A stretch of DNA of 64,000 bases, from positions 15,068,001 to 15,132,000 of the forward strand of contig NC_058368.1 of NCBI RefSeq assembly GCF_018350175.1, written 5' to 3'. This DNA is from Felis catus (Eukaryota). Of the stretch, positions 1 through 12,702 are shown piece by piece. Position 1 is the stretch's first letter; each line of letters starts with the position of its first letter. Under the pieces are notes generated by a model, which was given only the letters and a program-made list of their open reading frames with translations, made no database searches and was not told where the DNA came from. The translations under genes and the position numbers were made by a program.

Positions 1-908
1 TAGAAACTCTTTTAGAGAACTCTTTTAGAAAACTCTTTTAGAAACTCTTTTAGAAAACAGAAGAAAGACTTTCTATTTCATTTTATGAGGTCAGCATTTC
101 CAATACCAAAATCCAATAAAGACATAAGAAATTTAGATACCAAGAACCTTCATGAACACAGATAATTAACAAAAATTAACAAAATACTAGCAAATCAAAT
201 CTAGCAATAAAAAAATACACTAAGATAGAGTACAGCATTTTAAAAAAATCAATGTAACCAGTACATTAACAGAAGAAAGGAGAACACCATACAATCAGTT
301 TAATATATACCAAAAACATACAGACAAAATTTTACATCCATTCATGATGAAAACTTGAACCAGCAACAGAAGAAAACTTTCTTAAGCTAATAAAAGGCAT
401 GTACAAAAACAGAGTCTACATCATGTGTAATGGTAAAAGACCTAATACTTTCCCTGTAAGACTGTAAACAAAACAAGGATTTACCTTCATCACTTCTAAT
501 TCAAAAAACTGGCCAAAGCATTAAGGTAAAAAATAGAAATAGCCAAAGATTGGAAAGAAAAATGTCTTTATTCACAGATGACATAATTGTGTATGTGAGA
601 AATCTAAAAAAATGACTAGAAGTGATGAATAGATAAAGCTAGGTCATGGGATACTAGGTCAACATACAAAATAAATTTAATTCTAGATATTACTTATGAA
701 AATTTTGGAAATATGAATAAAAAAACTGCTTAAAACAAAATGTTTTAAAACTTCCCAAAACATTCAGAAATAATAAACTACAAAACACTGTTGAAATAAA
801 GATCTTTTTAAAAATGGAGAGATGAACTGCCAGAATCAATACTGTTCAACATCAATTTTCCCCCAAACCGATCTACTGATTCAGCACAATCCAAATCAAT
901 ATCTTAGC

Positions 909-1092
909 GGGAGCACCTGGGTGGCTCAGTCTGTTAAGCATCAGACTCTTTTGGCTCAGGTCATGATTTCACAGTTTGTGAGACTGAGCCCCTGCATTGG
1001 CATTCTCTCTCGCTCACTCTCTCTCTCTTCCCCTTCACCATGCACGCACTCTTTCTCTCTCTCAAAATAAATAAATAAACTTAAAAAAAAAA
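909..1092 (+). mobile_element. Can-SINE (SINEC), internally deleted
   Basis: gggagcacctgggtggctcag head, (CT)n, A tail. Confidence 0.85.
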
Positions 1093-1302
1093 TCCTAACA
1101 GGATTTCCTTAAAAGAAAGAAATTGACAAGCTTATTTTCAAATTTACATGAAAATTCAAAGTACCTTTAATATCCAAAGCAACTTGAAAATGAGAAACAA
1201 AGTTGGAAGACTTTATCTGATTTTTGAGACTAGAAAAGCTAAATAATCACTACAGTGTATTACTGGAGTGAAGAAGAAAGAAAAGTAGGTCAGTGAAACA
1301 GG

Positions 1303-1515
1303 GAATCTAGAAATACACTGATATGGTAGTTGGTTTTTATGAAAGTACCAAAACAATTCACTAAAGAATGGGAAGTCTTTTCAACAAAATCTTAAAAATC
1401 TCCATCTGAATCTAGAAATACACTGATATGGTAGTTGGTTTTTATGAAAGTACCAAAACAATTCACTAAAGAATGGGAAGTCTTTTCAACAAAATCTTAA
1501 AAATCTGCATCTGAA
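1303..1515. repeat. 105-bp tandem duplication, 2 copies, 1 mismatch
   Basis: 1303-1407 equals 1408-1512 except C1402/G1507; GAA microhomology. Confidence 0.95.
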
Positions 1516-2639
1516 AAAAAATTTCAACAATCACTTCATCTCATACATATAAATTAAGATAAATAATCATAAAAGCTAAAACTATAAAATAAAACATCCT
1601 GTAGACAACATAGGGGCATGTAATTGAACTTGGTGGTAGGCAATGGCTGCTGATACAGGATAGAGACAGCATATTTTTAAATACTGATAAATTGTACTTG
1701 AAAATTTCTGCTGATCAAAAGATGTGACTGTTCGCAAAAAAGAATAGTGAGCCACAGGTTAGAAGAAAATATTTGTAGACATAAATTTGGCAAAGGATTT
1801 GAATCCAGAATATTAAAGAGCTCCTATAACTCAATGATAAAAACACAAGTAAGCACATTTTTTTAATGGGCAAAAGATTTGAACAGACTGTTCATAAAAG
1901 AAGATATACAAATGGCCAAACACATGTGAAAAGCTGCTCAACCTCATTAATCATCAGGAAAATGCAAATTTAGAATCACAATTAGATCATACTCCACAAC
2001 CACAAGAATGACTAAAATGGAAAAGACTAACAATACCAAATGATGAGGATATGGAGCAACTAGTGTTCTCATATATTGCGGGTGGGAGTGCAAAATGGTG
2101 CTACTATTTTGGATTTCTGCTTGGAAGTCTCCTAAAAAGAAACATACACCAATCCTGTGATATGCCACTCTATTTCTGAGAAAAATGTAAATGTAGGTTC
2201 ATAAAACATATATAAAATAATGTGCATAGTCTTCTTCTTCTCCTTCTTTTTTTTTTTTTTTTAAGTAAGCTCTATGCCAAGAGTCGCATGCTCTATTAGT
2301 CTATCAGTCTATTAACTGAGCCAGCCAGGCACCCCCCCCATCCCCCACCGCCAACAGTAGTTTTATTCTTAATAGATAAAACCCAGAGAATGAATAGCCA
2401 AAATGTGGTATGTTTACACAACGGAATATTCCTCAACAATAAATAGGAACAAACCACTAAAACACACAACTGTAATGAATCTTAAAACATTTTCTAGGTG
2501 AAAGAAGCCAGACATAAGTGTACATATTGATGGTTCCATTAATATATAGTTCTAGAACAAGCAAAACAAATCTATAGTGATAGAATAGTAGCTGTTGCTA
2601 GGAGATGCGAAAGGATAGACCAGGAAAGAACATGAGATG

Positions 2640-3180
2640 ATTTAAAATGCAGGTTTTATTATTATTCAGGTATGGTGAGGCCAACAGATCAGGAGATGAC
2701 CACCATTAAAAAGAGTTTGTTACTCACAGTTCCCAAGAGGAGGGGGCCACTTCACACTATGCAAGGCCACATGGGGAAGCACCAGGGTCAGTTAGGAGGC
2801 AGGAGGAGTCAGAGGAAAGAAAACAAGGGTAAGAGAGTTTATTGTGGTTTCTGAGAGAAGAAACAGGCTAGGTGGGTAAGCAGGCCTAGGATTGGCTAGT
2901 TTGAATAACTTCAGCAGGCTGTGGGATGTAGGGGCTGTCCCAGGTTGGTAGCACATCACCATGAGGTGATAAGAGCAGGGAAATATTGGCCTGGAGCATA
3001 AGAGCCTGATAGAGAGAATGGGTGTGGATGGTCTCTAGATTGGTCAGTTTGTACATATGCAGGGCATGCTCACCAGCAAATCATTTACTATCTCTAGAAA
3101 CTGGCTAGTGCTGGGATGAGCAGTCTCTACATGGTCAATAAGGTACCTGATGTCAAAACATCAGAATAAAAAGACATACT
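2640..3180. mobile_element. Probable old ERV-class LTR fragment inside L1 3' UTR
   Basis: Non-L1 block (gaggccaacagatcaggagatg...actcacagttcccaagaggagggggc) resembling old LTRs; family not determined. Confidence 0.45.
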
Positions 3181-3181
3181 T

Positions 3182-3398
3182 GGAGGTGCCTGGGTGGCTC
3201 AGTTGGTTAAGCATCCAACTCTTCATTTTGGCTCATGTGATGATCTCGCGGTTTGTGGGTTTGAGTCCTGTATCAGGCTCTGTGCTGACAGCAAAATGTC
3301 TGCTGCAGATTCTTTCTCTCTCTCTCTTTCCACCCCTCCCCTGCTCTCTTTCTCTCTCTCTCAAACCAAGTGAACATTAAAAAAAAAAAAAAAAAAAA
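3182..3398 (+). mobile_element. Can-SINE
   Basis: tRNA-derived head, CT tract, poly-A, aaagacat(a/g)ctt TSD-like flanks. Confidence 0.9.
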
Positions 3399-3578
3399 GA
3401 CATGCTTAATACACAAGGGAACATTCTGATAATGGCAATGTTGTGGTTTAGATGGGTGTATGCATTTGTCTGCCTCATGACCAATGCTGGCCCTTCCCTA
3501 TGTATTCCTGAATGGTGTGATATACCTCCTCCTCTTGGGAACTGTGGGTAACAAACCATCTTTTTAAAATTCAAACCA

Positions 3579-3700
3579 GGGGTGCCTGGTGGCTTAGTCA
3601 GTTAAGCGTTCAACTCTTGATTTTGGCTCAGGTCATGATCCCAGGATCATGGGATATCTCTCTCTCCAAAATAAAAAATAATAAAAATAAAATTAAATAA
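3579..3700 (+). mobile_element. Can-SINE, internally deleted
   Basis: Head plus A-rich tail. Confidence 0.8.
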
Positions 3701-4073
3701 ATCCATCAAACCAAACACTTAAACACATGCAACTTACCTCTTACAGATACTGATTTAATCTTGATATCAATTAAGTGTAACGTTTTATCCTAAATGCTCT
3801 AATATTCCTGAGACTATATAGTATATTAGCAAACATTATGGATCTAGCCTTGTTCATTGCTTCTCAAATCTTTCTGGCTCTAACATCAAATTTAGGAACT
3901 TGAGGTTAGGAGAGGGCAGGAAAATATGAGACCTGTATCCTTAAATGATAGTGGAGCAAACAGATTGAGTAAAGTTTCATCCTTTGACTGAGACACAACT
4001 CAAAGTGACCTCTTATGAGCACTTTGAAGTGAAAGACTTCTTTCAAGTCTTATGTATTAACTAAAAATGTGTC

Positions 4074-4202
4074 CAGATGCACCTGGGTGGCTCAGTTGCT
4101 TAAGCATCTAACTCTTGATTTTGGCTCGGGTCATGAGCTTATGGTTTGTGAGTATGAGCCCCGCACCAGGCTCTGCGCTGACAGTGCAGAGCCTGCTTGG
4201 GA

Positions 4203-4266
<64 letters not shown>

Positions 4267-4280
4267 CCCTCCACTCTCAC
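4074..4280 (+). mobile_element. Can-SINE with expanded (CT)n (about 4208-4262), tail lost
   Basis: Head and body recognisable; long CT microsatellite. Confidence 0.85.
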
Positions 4281-4829
4281 ATCAGATCTGGGCATGAAAA
4301 ACAATGAAAGAGAGGTAGCATCTCCCAATATCCTTTCATTGCAGCCATTCAGAAATATCACAAATTCTAACACCAAATAAAGTATGGAAAACACAATCTT
4401 AGAATATAAAATGTGTAATATATAGTTTTAAAAATACTCCTGCACTGTGTTTTTCTCACTCAGTGCAGATCACTGAAATCTATGGGACAGCACTAGCCAA
4501 CAGGTCCCCCCTAAGTCTTCACTCAGCCAAAGTGGCAAACGTGAGTGATGGTCTTTTGGACTAAACTAGGCCATCCACTAGTCCATGTCATCAAGACCAA
4601 ACCCTACCACATTCCCATTAATCTTCAGCAGATAACACAGGCCATTTGGCAAAAATTACTCAATTTTCCTCATGAAAAGATTCATCTTTATCCACACTTA
4701 GCTTTAGCTTCTTCTTTCCATTTTTAGAAGAGGTGTTCTTCCACCTGGTTATAGATTCCGTAAGCTTCTACCTACTTAGGGATGCTAAGTCCATCACCAA
4801 CCCCCTCTCTAGATATAGGGGATTTTTAC

Positions 4830-5300
4830 TATTATTTGACCTTCCTCCCACTGAGAGGTGAGGTTATGTACCCTTCCTTTAGATTGGGATAGGTTTTGTG
4901 ACTGCTATGACCGATAGACATACAGGAGAAGTAGCACTGGGCCAGTTTCTGGTCCCCCACCTCAAGAGAGTGGCAGCTTCCTCTCCCTGTCTCTTGGAAC
5001 ACTCTCTAGGATCCCTGGGCTGCCATGTAAAAAGCCTGACTACCATGCAGGAAAAGCTTCAGTTGATAGCCCCAGCTGAGCTTAAACTTCTAGCCATCCC
5101 TCCAAAGGCTCCAGACATAAGGTCTTAGATCATCCTGACTAGACCATCCACTAGCTGAATACTACCAAGTGACCCCAGTTGATGTCATGTAGACAGAATT
5201 GCCCACTGAGCTCTGCTCATATTGCTGATCCATAAAACCATGTATCAAGCCAATAAATTTTGGCTTCATTTTTATATCATAGATATGTCATTTTTTTACA
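4830..5300 (+). mobile_element. MLT1-type (ERVL-MaLR) LTR remnant
   Basis: Motifs gtgactgctatgacc, gctgccatgtaaaaagcctgactacc, cccagctgagc. Confidence 0.6.
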
Positions 5301-5479
5301 CTATAGATCATCAGAACACGAGTATCTTCACGACCTCTGTCTCTCTTCCAGGTATTTTCTTTTGGAATATAAAAACATATTCATGTCTGGCCCAATCTTA
5401 TCAACATTTTTCATTTTACCCAAGATCCCCTTTTACTTATCACACACCCTCATTTTCTTTCCTTCCACTTAGGCTCCTG

Positions 5480-6780
5480 CCTTTCATTCTCTATCTTTCC
5501 ACAGTGGTGCTTCTTCCCTAATCATGCCAATGAAATTATTTTTGCCAAGACCAATGATGTTTAGACTCTGACAAATACAGTTAATTATTAGTTCTTCTCT
5601 TACTTGCTCTCTGTGCCACGTCATTGAACACTCATTCCTTTAGGAAACTCTTCTCTGGTCGCCTCAATTCCATTCCCTCTTGGCTTATCTTCCTAGTAAC
5701 TCCTTCCTTTCTCCCTTATTTCTTCTCTGCTGCCTGTACCCTAAATAGATTTTTCCCAAGGTTCTCTTTTCCACTTATCTCTTCTTTACATGGTTTGCAA
5801 ACTCATCATATCCATCCCTACAACCACTGCTTCAAGTAGATGCTGTATCCTGAGAGTTCTAAGTCCATATTTGTAGCCTAGATCTTTCTCTAGAACCTAA
5901 GGGTCAATTCTGACTGGACAGCTTCATGGAAACTCCCCTGGAGTGTTCACACCCAACAAGAGCAAAAGTCACCTCCCACTGCCAGACTGCCATTCTCCTG
6001 GACTTCCCAGTCAGTTGGTGAATGCAACATCTATTTGAAAGTTACACTTGACTCCTCCTGCATCCATGCTTATACTGAATGTACCTACTTAGTATATCTG
6101 CAAATGGTTTATTCCTCCTTATCCCATTTCTAAAACCATAGTTCAGGATTTCATCACTTCTTTTTACAGATTCCACAGGCTTCCGGATTCAACTCACTCT
6201 CTAACATCCTGCTAGAGTGTTCACTCTAGGTGCAAATCTTATCATATCACTCTTTGGCTAAAACCCTTTGGTGCCTCCCCAACAGTTTCAGATTCAAATT
6301 CAAATTTCTTAACATGACGAGCACAATCCTTGGCTACTACTTCTCATCTCTTGCCTCTTCCCACTTGTGCCATTATAGCCAAGTACATGGATACACTTGG
6401 AGTTTCATAAATTCACTGAATTTTCATATTCTGCCAGTCTCTATACCTGCTCTTTCTGCTACATGAAACATCCTCCCCTTTTAAAACAAATTAATAGTCA
6501 CTTTTTGTTTAAAGCTCAATTTAGCGATCATTTTCTCAAGAAAGCCTTCCTGCCCCCTTATTCTGTCTTAGGTAACTTTCCCAGTGTGGTTACTATGTGC
6601 TCTTCTCTATCATGACACTTAGAACATAATTTTCTATGTAACATCCTATTGAGAGGTCTGTCTGAGCACTAGACTAAGATTTCGAAGGCAAGGATTTTTT
6701 TTTATCTAAGTTCTCCAGTCACCCTTTGGCACATATCAGATACTCACAGATATTTTTTGAATGAATGAATGAGTGAATGA
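5480..6780 (+). mobile_element. L2 LINE remnant ending in (TGAA)n-like tail
   Basis: Pyrimidine-rich L2-like text; tgaatgaatgaatgagtgaatga at 6758-6780. Confidence 0.65.
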
Positions 6781-6918
6781 GTTAGTGGCACATATTTGGT
6801 TGCCAGATTAACTAGCCTCACAGAGATTTTAATAGTAATACAAAACGTTATGAAATTCATGAAAGTAATTTCTTCCTAGAAAGGAATAATGTTAAAAAAG
6901 GGTTGTATCATAATTCAC

Positions 6919-7029
6919 CTTCTCAGCTTTTCTTTGCTTGAATGAAGAAGAGAAACCTTTTTGCTTTTCTCAAACTCTGGCAATGGAGCCTTTAATTCAA
7001 GCCCAATCTCACTTCTTAGTGATTCAGAG
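6919..7029 (-). CDS. SOHLH2: SOHLH2 coding exon 6 (SESLRSEIGLELKAPLPEFEKSKKVSLLHSSKEKLRR), start of bHLH basic region, 111 nt; gene continues beyond the left edge
   Basis: Acceptor TTTTCTCTTGTTTCTAG; donor AAG|GTGAAT; HSSKEKLRR basic-region signature. Confidence 0.96.
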
Positions 7030-8493
7030 CTAGAAACAAGAGAAAATCATGTCACAGATTTCAGAGGAAAATTGTCAGACAATATTAAACAATCAGCACC
7101 AATACACTAATCAAAGGTGCTTCTAAGTTCCTTGCTTCATGTAAAGGTGCGGTAAATACCAAAGCACTTTACCTTACATACTTGGTGAAGAATATTTATT
7201 TCAAAGACTCTAAAGAATTTATGATCAAGATCATCACAAATCCATGATTGATTAAACTCTAAAATATACAGATAAAGAGTAACAGATACCAGCAGTATTA
7301 AAATATTCTGAATTCATTGATTATGACTCTCCAAATTATATGACTGTATCAAAAGGTGTATAATAGGAAAAAACCACAAAGGATTAGAGGGTCACATTAC
7401 ACTATTCCAACCTGATCAGCAAAGGTCAGATATCCTCCATTTATGGATATTTTCTGGCTCTACCATTTTTCTAAAACTTCTCCATGCATTTTGATTAATT
7501 TTTTTTAAATAATTCCCTAAGAAACAAATAAACTAATATTATCTCCTTTATCCCAAGAGACAGAACTTAATTTGAAAATTTACTTTTATTTGTAGTGGTA
7601 GAATTCTGAAGCAAAACAAAGATTCAAGACAAGGAGGGTTCAAAAAGAAATTGCAAATAATACAAGAAAATTACAAAGCCTTCCAAAACCCTTCCCAATC
7701 TCATATCCCAGATAAAGTTTAATACAATAAATTTCTTTCTGGTTAAAATGTTAAAATGTTAAAATATCAAGAAACTTGTTGATATTTTTGCACCACTTAA
7801 GTGAGCACATCTTTGGTTTAACCACACTTATTGGTTGCCAAGTCTTTTCCTTGTTCAAAATAGTAGATGGTCACATTTCTACAAACAGTTGATGGTCACA
7901 TTCTACAAATTCCGGAAGTGACTGACTCAAAATTCTCACCATCATCATTCATGTCCCCAGCAGCTATGTTTATTGTAGCTCTATGCTCTATTTAAAATTA
8001 AAATCCCTTTGGAAATCAGCTTAAAGTGAATGAAAGAAATTCACAAAAATTGAATTTTTATAAGCAGATAAAGAAAGGTCTGACCCCCAGTTCAACTGCC
8101 TATCCAATGCAGGTTTTGAATACCAGCTCTAATATCTATGGGGGTGGGGGGTTGGGTGGATGGGGATAGAGATAGAGAGACCTTTTTTAAGGGTTGTTTT
8201 CTCACTAACTGAGGGGACAGATTCATAAGTTCAAAAAAGACATCAGGGAGAAGCTTAGTGGTAGGTGGATAACATCTGAGGCTGTTCTTGTCTGTTTAAA
8301 TACTGGGGTTATATGTAAAATTTTTTTCTGAAGAAGATTCTACTGTTTCTAAAAAGTTTGAATATTGCTGCTATTATTTAACTCTGATTAATGGTAACTC
8401 AGACTCTACCACATCCAGTGTTGGGGAACTTACTACCTTGCAATTCACCCTTGTCCCCTGTGATCAAATAGGATTGTTAAGAAGTACTTCCTA

Positions 8494-8595
8494 GGGGTGC
8501 CTGGGTGGCTCGGTCAGTTAAGCGTCTGACTTTGGCTCAGGTCATGATCTCACAGCTTGTGAGTTTGAGCCCTGCATCAGGCTCTGTGTTGACAC
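8494..8595 (+). mobile_element. 5' half of a Can-SINE about 65 bp from the exon 5 donor
   Basis: ggggtgcctgggtggctcggtcagttaagcg...; no CT tract or tail. Confidence 0.85.
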
Positions 8596-8659
8596 ACAGA
8601 GTTCTCCAGAAATTACCCAGTAAAAATTTATATTATGAAAAAGTGAAAACAAAACTAAC

Positions 8660-8759
8660 CAAGCAAATAGGTCAGTAGAAAAATATCCCAAGTGTTCACT
8701 GCAGGAGTTCTGCATGGGCAATCCAGGTTCTTCAGGCTTCACAGAATATTCATTCTTAA
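8660..8759 (-). CDS. SOHLH2: SOHLH2 coding exon 5 (VKNEYSVKPEEPGLPMQNSCSEHLGYFSTDLFAC), 100 nt
   Basis: Acceptor CTTTCAG; donor TG|GTTAGT; overlaps ORF-track 8542..8742; SEHLGYF.TDLFA motif of SOHLH2. Confidence 0.95.
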
Positions 8760-10282
8760 CTGAAAGTTTTAAAGGGGGACTATTTTAATTCTAACATCAC
8801 TGGTGGGGACGATGTTAATCACACATACAAGCCCTGAACAAAAAGCAGTTGCCACTTTTTACTCAACAGAGTTTACAAAGCAGTATTTTTTAAATAGAAT
8901 GCATTTTATAGATTTCAGTCTATAAAGCAGGAAACCACCCAGGTTAGAAAGCAAAATGAAAATACTACATTCTATTCACTCCAGACATCAACCAAATTCT
9001 AGAACCAAATTCTAGTAACTTAGTGGTAGGTGTGCTTAAAACACATTCAACTGAGATTTATTAATTAAGTTTTTATAGGTAACTGTCATACTTAACAGAA
9101 AATAAGTATGAGTCTGCAGTAGGCAGCTGTATTGTCAAAATATGACATCTGATGGTTTTTTCTTTCTTTCCTTCTTTTTTTTTTTTTTTTTTTTTTTTGC
9201 AGCTGCTCATTTTCAGAGCAAACATGAGATGACCAGAAGCAGACGTGGTTATGACCAATAGGAAGGTGCTAGACAGCTGGTGACGAACAGCTGCTCTATT
9301 TCCACTGAGAACCAAACAAGAGTTTGCAAAGAGGATTTGGGTCACCAGTTAGCCATTTCCAGGGAGAACTCTGAAACTCAGGGGCTGAAAGCCATTGGAA
9401 TGTTATAGAACAGACTCACCAATCTGCCCTCAATATTAAAAAAAGGACATGAAAAAAAGAGGAGTGTACTGAGTCCTACGTCATCTGGAGTATGAGTTTA
9501 CACAGGATAATCCTGAAAGTGTTTTTCAGGCCCATTTTAAGAAAAAAACATCTTAATTTTAAAAGATTCCTAGCTAATATCCCAGGCCTAGAAAAACCAC
9601 AAATAGTCATTGACCACAATGATTTCAGTAGAATTTAATTTCAGAAGTTGGAGTTTGTCCTTTCATGAGCCAAATTAAAGCTAATTTAGCTTAAGTGTTT
9701 AGATGCTGGTGATACACATTAGACAATGTAGGTGAAGAGTTTTGAAATGTGAGGTCTAATTGAAGCACTGACAGTAATTACCTAGGTCTAAAAATCTAAA
9801 ACGGAAAGAACAACCACCCTAGCAACTTACAGAAGTAAACTAATTTATAAGCAAGGGTTTTGCAAGCAGAAAGTATAAGATTCAAGGTTAGTGGCCCTGG
9901 CTTTTAGACACTCATACAATGACACAGCATGATTAATTCCATTTTAAAGAGCAAGAAATGATGGTAACAGCTAGGGCACTAAAAAGAAAAACCCTGTGCC
10001 TGCTGCAACACTGTTTGCCCTTGTGCAACACACTTTAAACTTTGGAACACGTAAATTTTTTCTTCACAGGTAGGGAACATATGTTTCCTTTTATTTTATT
10101 TACACTTTTTCCTTCAGACTATGATTAATAAGGATTACATGTTCTTTACAGTACACAGCACACAGTTAATCCTCAGCAAATAAAAAGCATAAGTGGAATA
10201 CCAACTTAAAAATGTATATATATAGTTTTTGGAGCATTTAATTAGAATTTTTCAAACCTTTAGAAATTTGGTTTTCACTCAC

Positions 10283-10387
10283 CGGTATTTGAGAAATATG
10301 TTTTCCAGTATTTTACCACAATACTCATTTTTTCGATTGTCAGTGGTTCAATTAAAGTAACATCAGCTCCATGCCCTGAAACACAAC
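10283..10387 (-). CDS. SOHLH2: SOHLH2 coding exon 4 (GCVSGHGADVTLIEPLTIEKMSIVVKYWKTYFSNT), 105 nt
   Basis: Acceptor TTCTTAG; donor CCG|GTGAGT; phase 1 to 1; open frame. Confidence 0.95.
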
Positions 10388-10465
10388 CTAAGAACTTCTG
10401 CATTAAATATTGACCTTATGACTTCTATTTATAGAAAAAACATAATATATACAACAGGCACATAC

Positions 10466-10527
10466 CTTTAAAGTTTTCAGGGGTTATAAAAACAAACAGC
10501 AAATGTATATTTTTCTTCTTGCCAAAT
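10466..10527 (-). CDS. SOHLH2: SOHLH2 coding exon 3 (FGKKKNIHLLFVFITPENFK), 62 nt
   Basis: Acceptor TTTTTCCTCTCAG; donor AAG|GTATGT; phase 2 to 1 joins exons 2 and 4 in frame. Confidence 0.95.
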
Positions 10528-10820
10528 CTGAGAGGAAAAAAGTGTTAAAATGAAGCAAAATCATCATTTGAAAAATTGGGATTCAATATTTTACCTTTAG
10601 AATTAAACCAGAATGGTTTTATTTCTTTAGAACTTCAAATGATGGCATTAATATGGAATTTAGTAAAAGTAGCATCTCAAATTAGCAATGGAAAAAAGAT
10701 GAACCACTTTTATTCTTGTTTAAAAAAAAAGCCTAATTTTTATCCATGTTCTTGAGCTAACCACCAGTTTACAAGAAATTTAAGGAAAAGAGAAATATTT
10801 TAAAGAATGCTGTGGGAATA

Positions 10821-11022
10821 GGGCGCCTGGGTGGCTCAGTCAGTTGAGTGTCCAACTCTTGATTTCAGCTCTGGTCATCATCTCATGGATTGAATCCCAC
10901 GTCGGGGCTCTGCACAGACAGTGAGGGGCCTGCTTGGGATTTTCTCTCTCTCCCTCTCTCTCTGCTGTTCCCCAGCTCATACATTCTCTGTCTCTCAAAA
11001 TAACTAAATAAACTTAAAAAAA
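10821..11022 (+). mobile_element. Can-SINE
   Basis: Full head, body and tail. Confidence 0.9.
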
Positions 11023-11103
11023 TATGCTGTGAGGATGAAATCAGCAAAAGCCAGAATGTGAAAAACTGGGTGAGACAAATGGCCCCTTTAAAAAATACAT
11101 ATA

Positions 11104-11328
11104 GGGGCGCCTGGGTGGCGCAGTCGGTTAAGCGTCCGACTTCAGCCAGGTCACGATCTCGCGGTCCGGGAGTTCGAGCCCCGCGTCAGGCTCTGGGCTG
11201 ATGGCTCAGAGCCTGGAGCCTGTTTCTGATTCTGTGTCTCCCTCTCTCTCTGACCCTCCCCTGTTCATGCTCTGTCTCTCTCTGTCCAAAAAATAAATAA
11301 ACGTTGAAAAAAAAAATTTTTTAAAATT
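11104..11328 (+). mobile_element. Young felid SINEC_Fc-type element
   Basis: CpG-intact head; perfect TSD aaaaatacatata (11091-11103 / 11329-11341). Confidence 0.95.
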
Positions 11329-11430
11329 AAAAATACATATAAATAAAGAGTAAGACAGAAAAAAAAAAAAAGGAAAGGGATAATTGAATCTTGATTTATA
11401 TAAACTAACAGTTTAAAAAAATCATAAGAT

Positions 11431-11545
11431 GGGTGGCTGGCTGGTTCAGTCAGAGGGGCATGCAACTCTTGATCTCAAGGTCATGAGTTCAAGCCCCATA
11501 TTGGGGGTAGAGCCTACTTAAATAAAAACTTTAAAAAAAATAAAA
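11431..11545 (+). mobile_element. Short older Can-SINE variant
   Basis: ggctggttcagtcagag...gagttcaagcccca...A tail. Confidence 0.7.
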
Positions 11546-12023
11546 AATCATAAACACAGAAACTTGAACACTGGATATTTGACAAAATTAAAGAATTGTT
11601 ATTAATTTTGAGGTGTGTATTGTTATTGCGGTTATTTTTTAAAAAGAGTCCTTATCTTTTAGAGGTATTTATTAAAGTATTTATGGATAAAAGAAAATGG
11701 TATCTTAGATTTGCCTTCAAATAGTTCACCAGTTCAGCAGGGGTGGGAGAACTGGAAGGGCCAGAGATGAAACCAGATTGGCCATGGGTTGATAACTGTT
11801 AAAGCTGCATTATGGGTACAGGCAAGTTCATTATACTTTTATATGCTTGAAAAAAAAAAAAACAATAAATAATAGAAATGTGGTGTTACAATAAACTATA
11901 CTTAGGAGTTCAGGAAGTTGGAATTTCTGATAATTTAACGGGTACTGAACTTTGGCTTTGAATAAAAGGAAATTATTTTCCAAGGAGACTATTACTGTGA
12001 GCCAGACTAAAGAGAACAGCTAG

Positions 12024-12210
12024 TGGCGCCTGGGTGGCTCAGTCAGTTAAACATCTGACTTCAGCTCAGGTCATGGTCCTGCAGTTTATGAGTTCAAGCC
12101 CTGCATCAGGCTCTGAAGCAGATTCTGCGTCTCCCCCGCTCTCTGCCCCTCCCCTGCTCACGTTCTGTCTCTCTCTTAAAAGTAAATAAACATTTAAAAA
12201 ATTAAAAATA
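12024..12210 (+). mobile_element. Can-SINE, internally deleted
   Basis: Head, CT tract, tail. Confidence 0.85.
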
Positions 12211-12702
12211 AAGAGAACTAAACTGCTAAGCTAAACTGCCTAAGAAAAAATAACTATTCTATAATACTTAAAGTATCACTTATTATATTAATATGTAGTT
12301 ATGTGTGGTTATTATTTATTCCCTTAAGACAGGACCTGGAAGAACCCCCACTATATAATATTGTTATATTATCTTATATACGCATTTGAAAATAAAGGCA
12401 CATTATGCCATGCTCCAAATTACATTACAGTTGATCCTTGAACAGCATGGGTTTGAACTATGCCAGGCCACATGTATGTGGATTTTTTTGGATAAAGTAT
12501 AATACAGTAGTAAATGTATTTTTTTTCCTTATGATTTTCTTAGTAACCTTTTCTTTTCTCTGGCTTAGTTTATTGCAAGAATACAGTATATAATACATAT
12601 AACATACAAAATATGTGTTAATTGCCAAATTATCAGTAAGGCTTCTGATCAACAGCAGGCTATTAGTAAATTTTGGGGGAGAGTCGAAAGTTACACACAG
12701 AT

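Larger units (their letters stand above)
1..2640 (+). mobile_element. Old degraded L1 (L1M-type) ORF2 remnant through 3' UTR, interrupted by SINEs
   Basis: Recognisable L1 phrases (ttcacagatgacataattgtgtat, aatgggcaaaagatttgaacagac, atcaggaaaatgcaaatt). Confidence 0.8.

Noticed and set aside
7862..7910. About 24-bp imperfect tandem duplication, and (GTTAAAAT)3 at about 7742-7765
   Set aside because: Ordinary slippage duplications with no sign of function.
8542..8659. ORF extension past exon 5 into the intron and SINE
   Set aside because: Simple read-through of the exon 5 donor; spliced frame continuity with exon 6 explains the region.
9420..9512. Possible 93-nt cassette exon in intron 4 (CTTTCAG...TTG|GTGAGT)
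   Set aside because: Poor pyrimidine tract and an in-frame TGA; no independent support.
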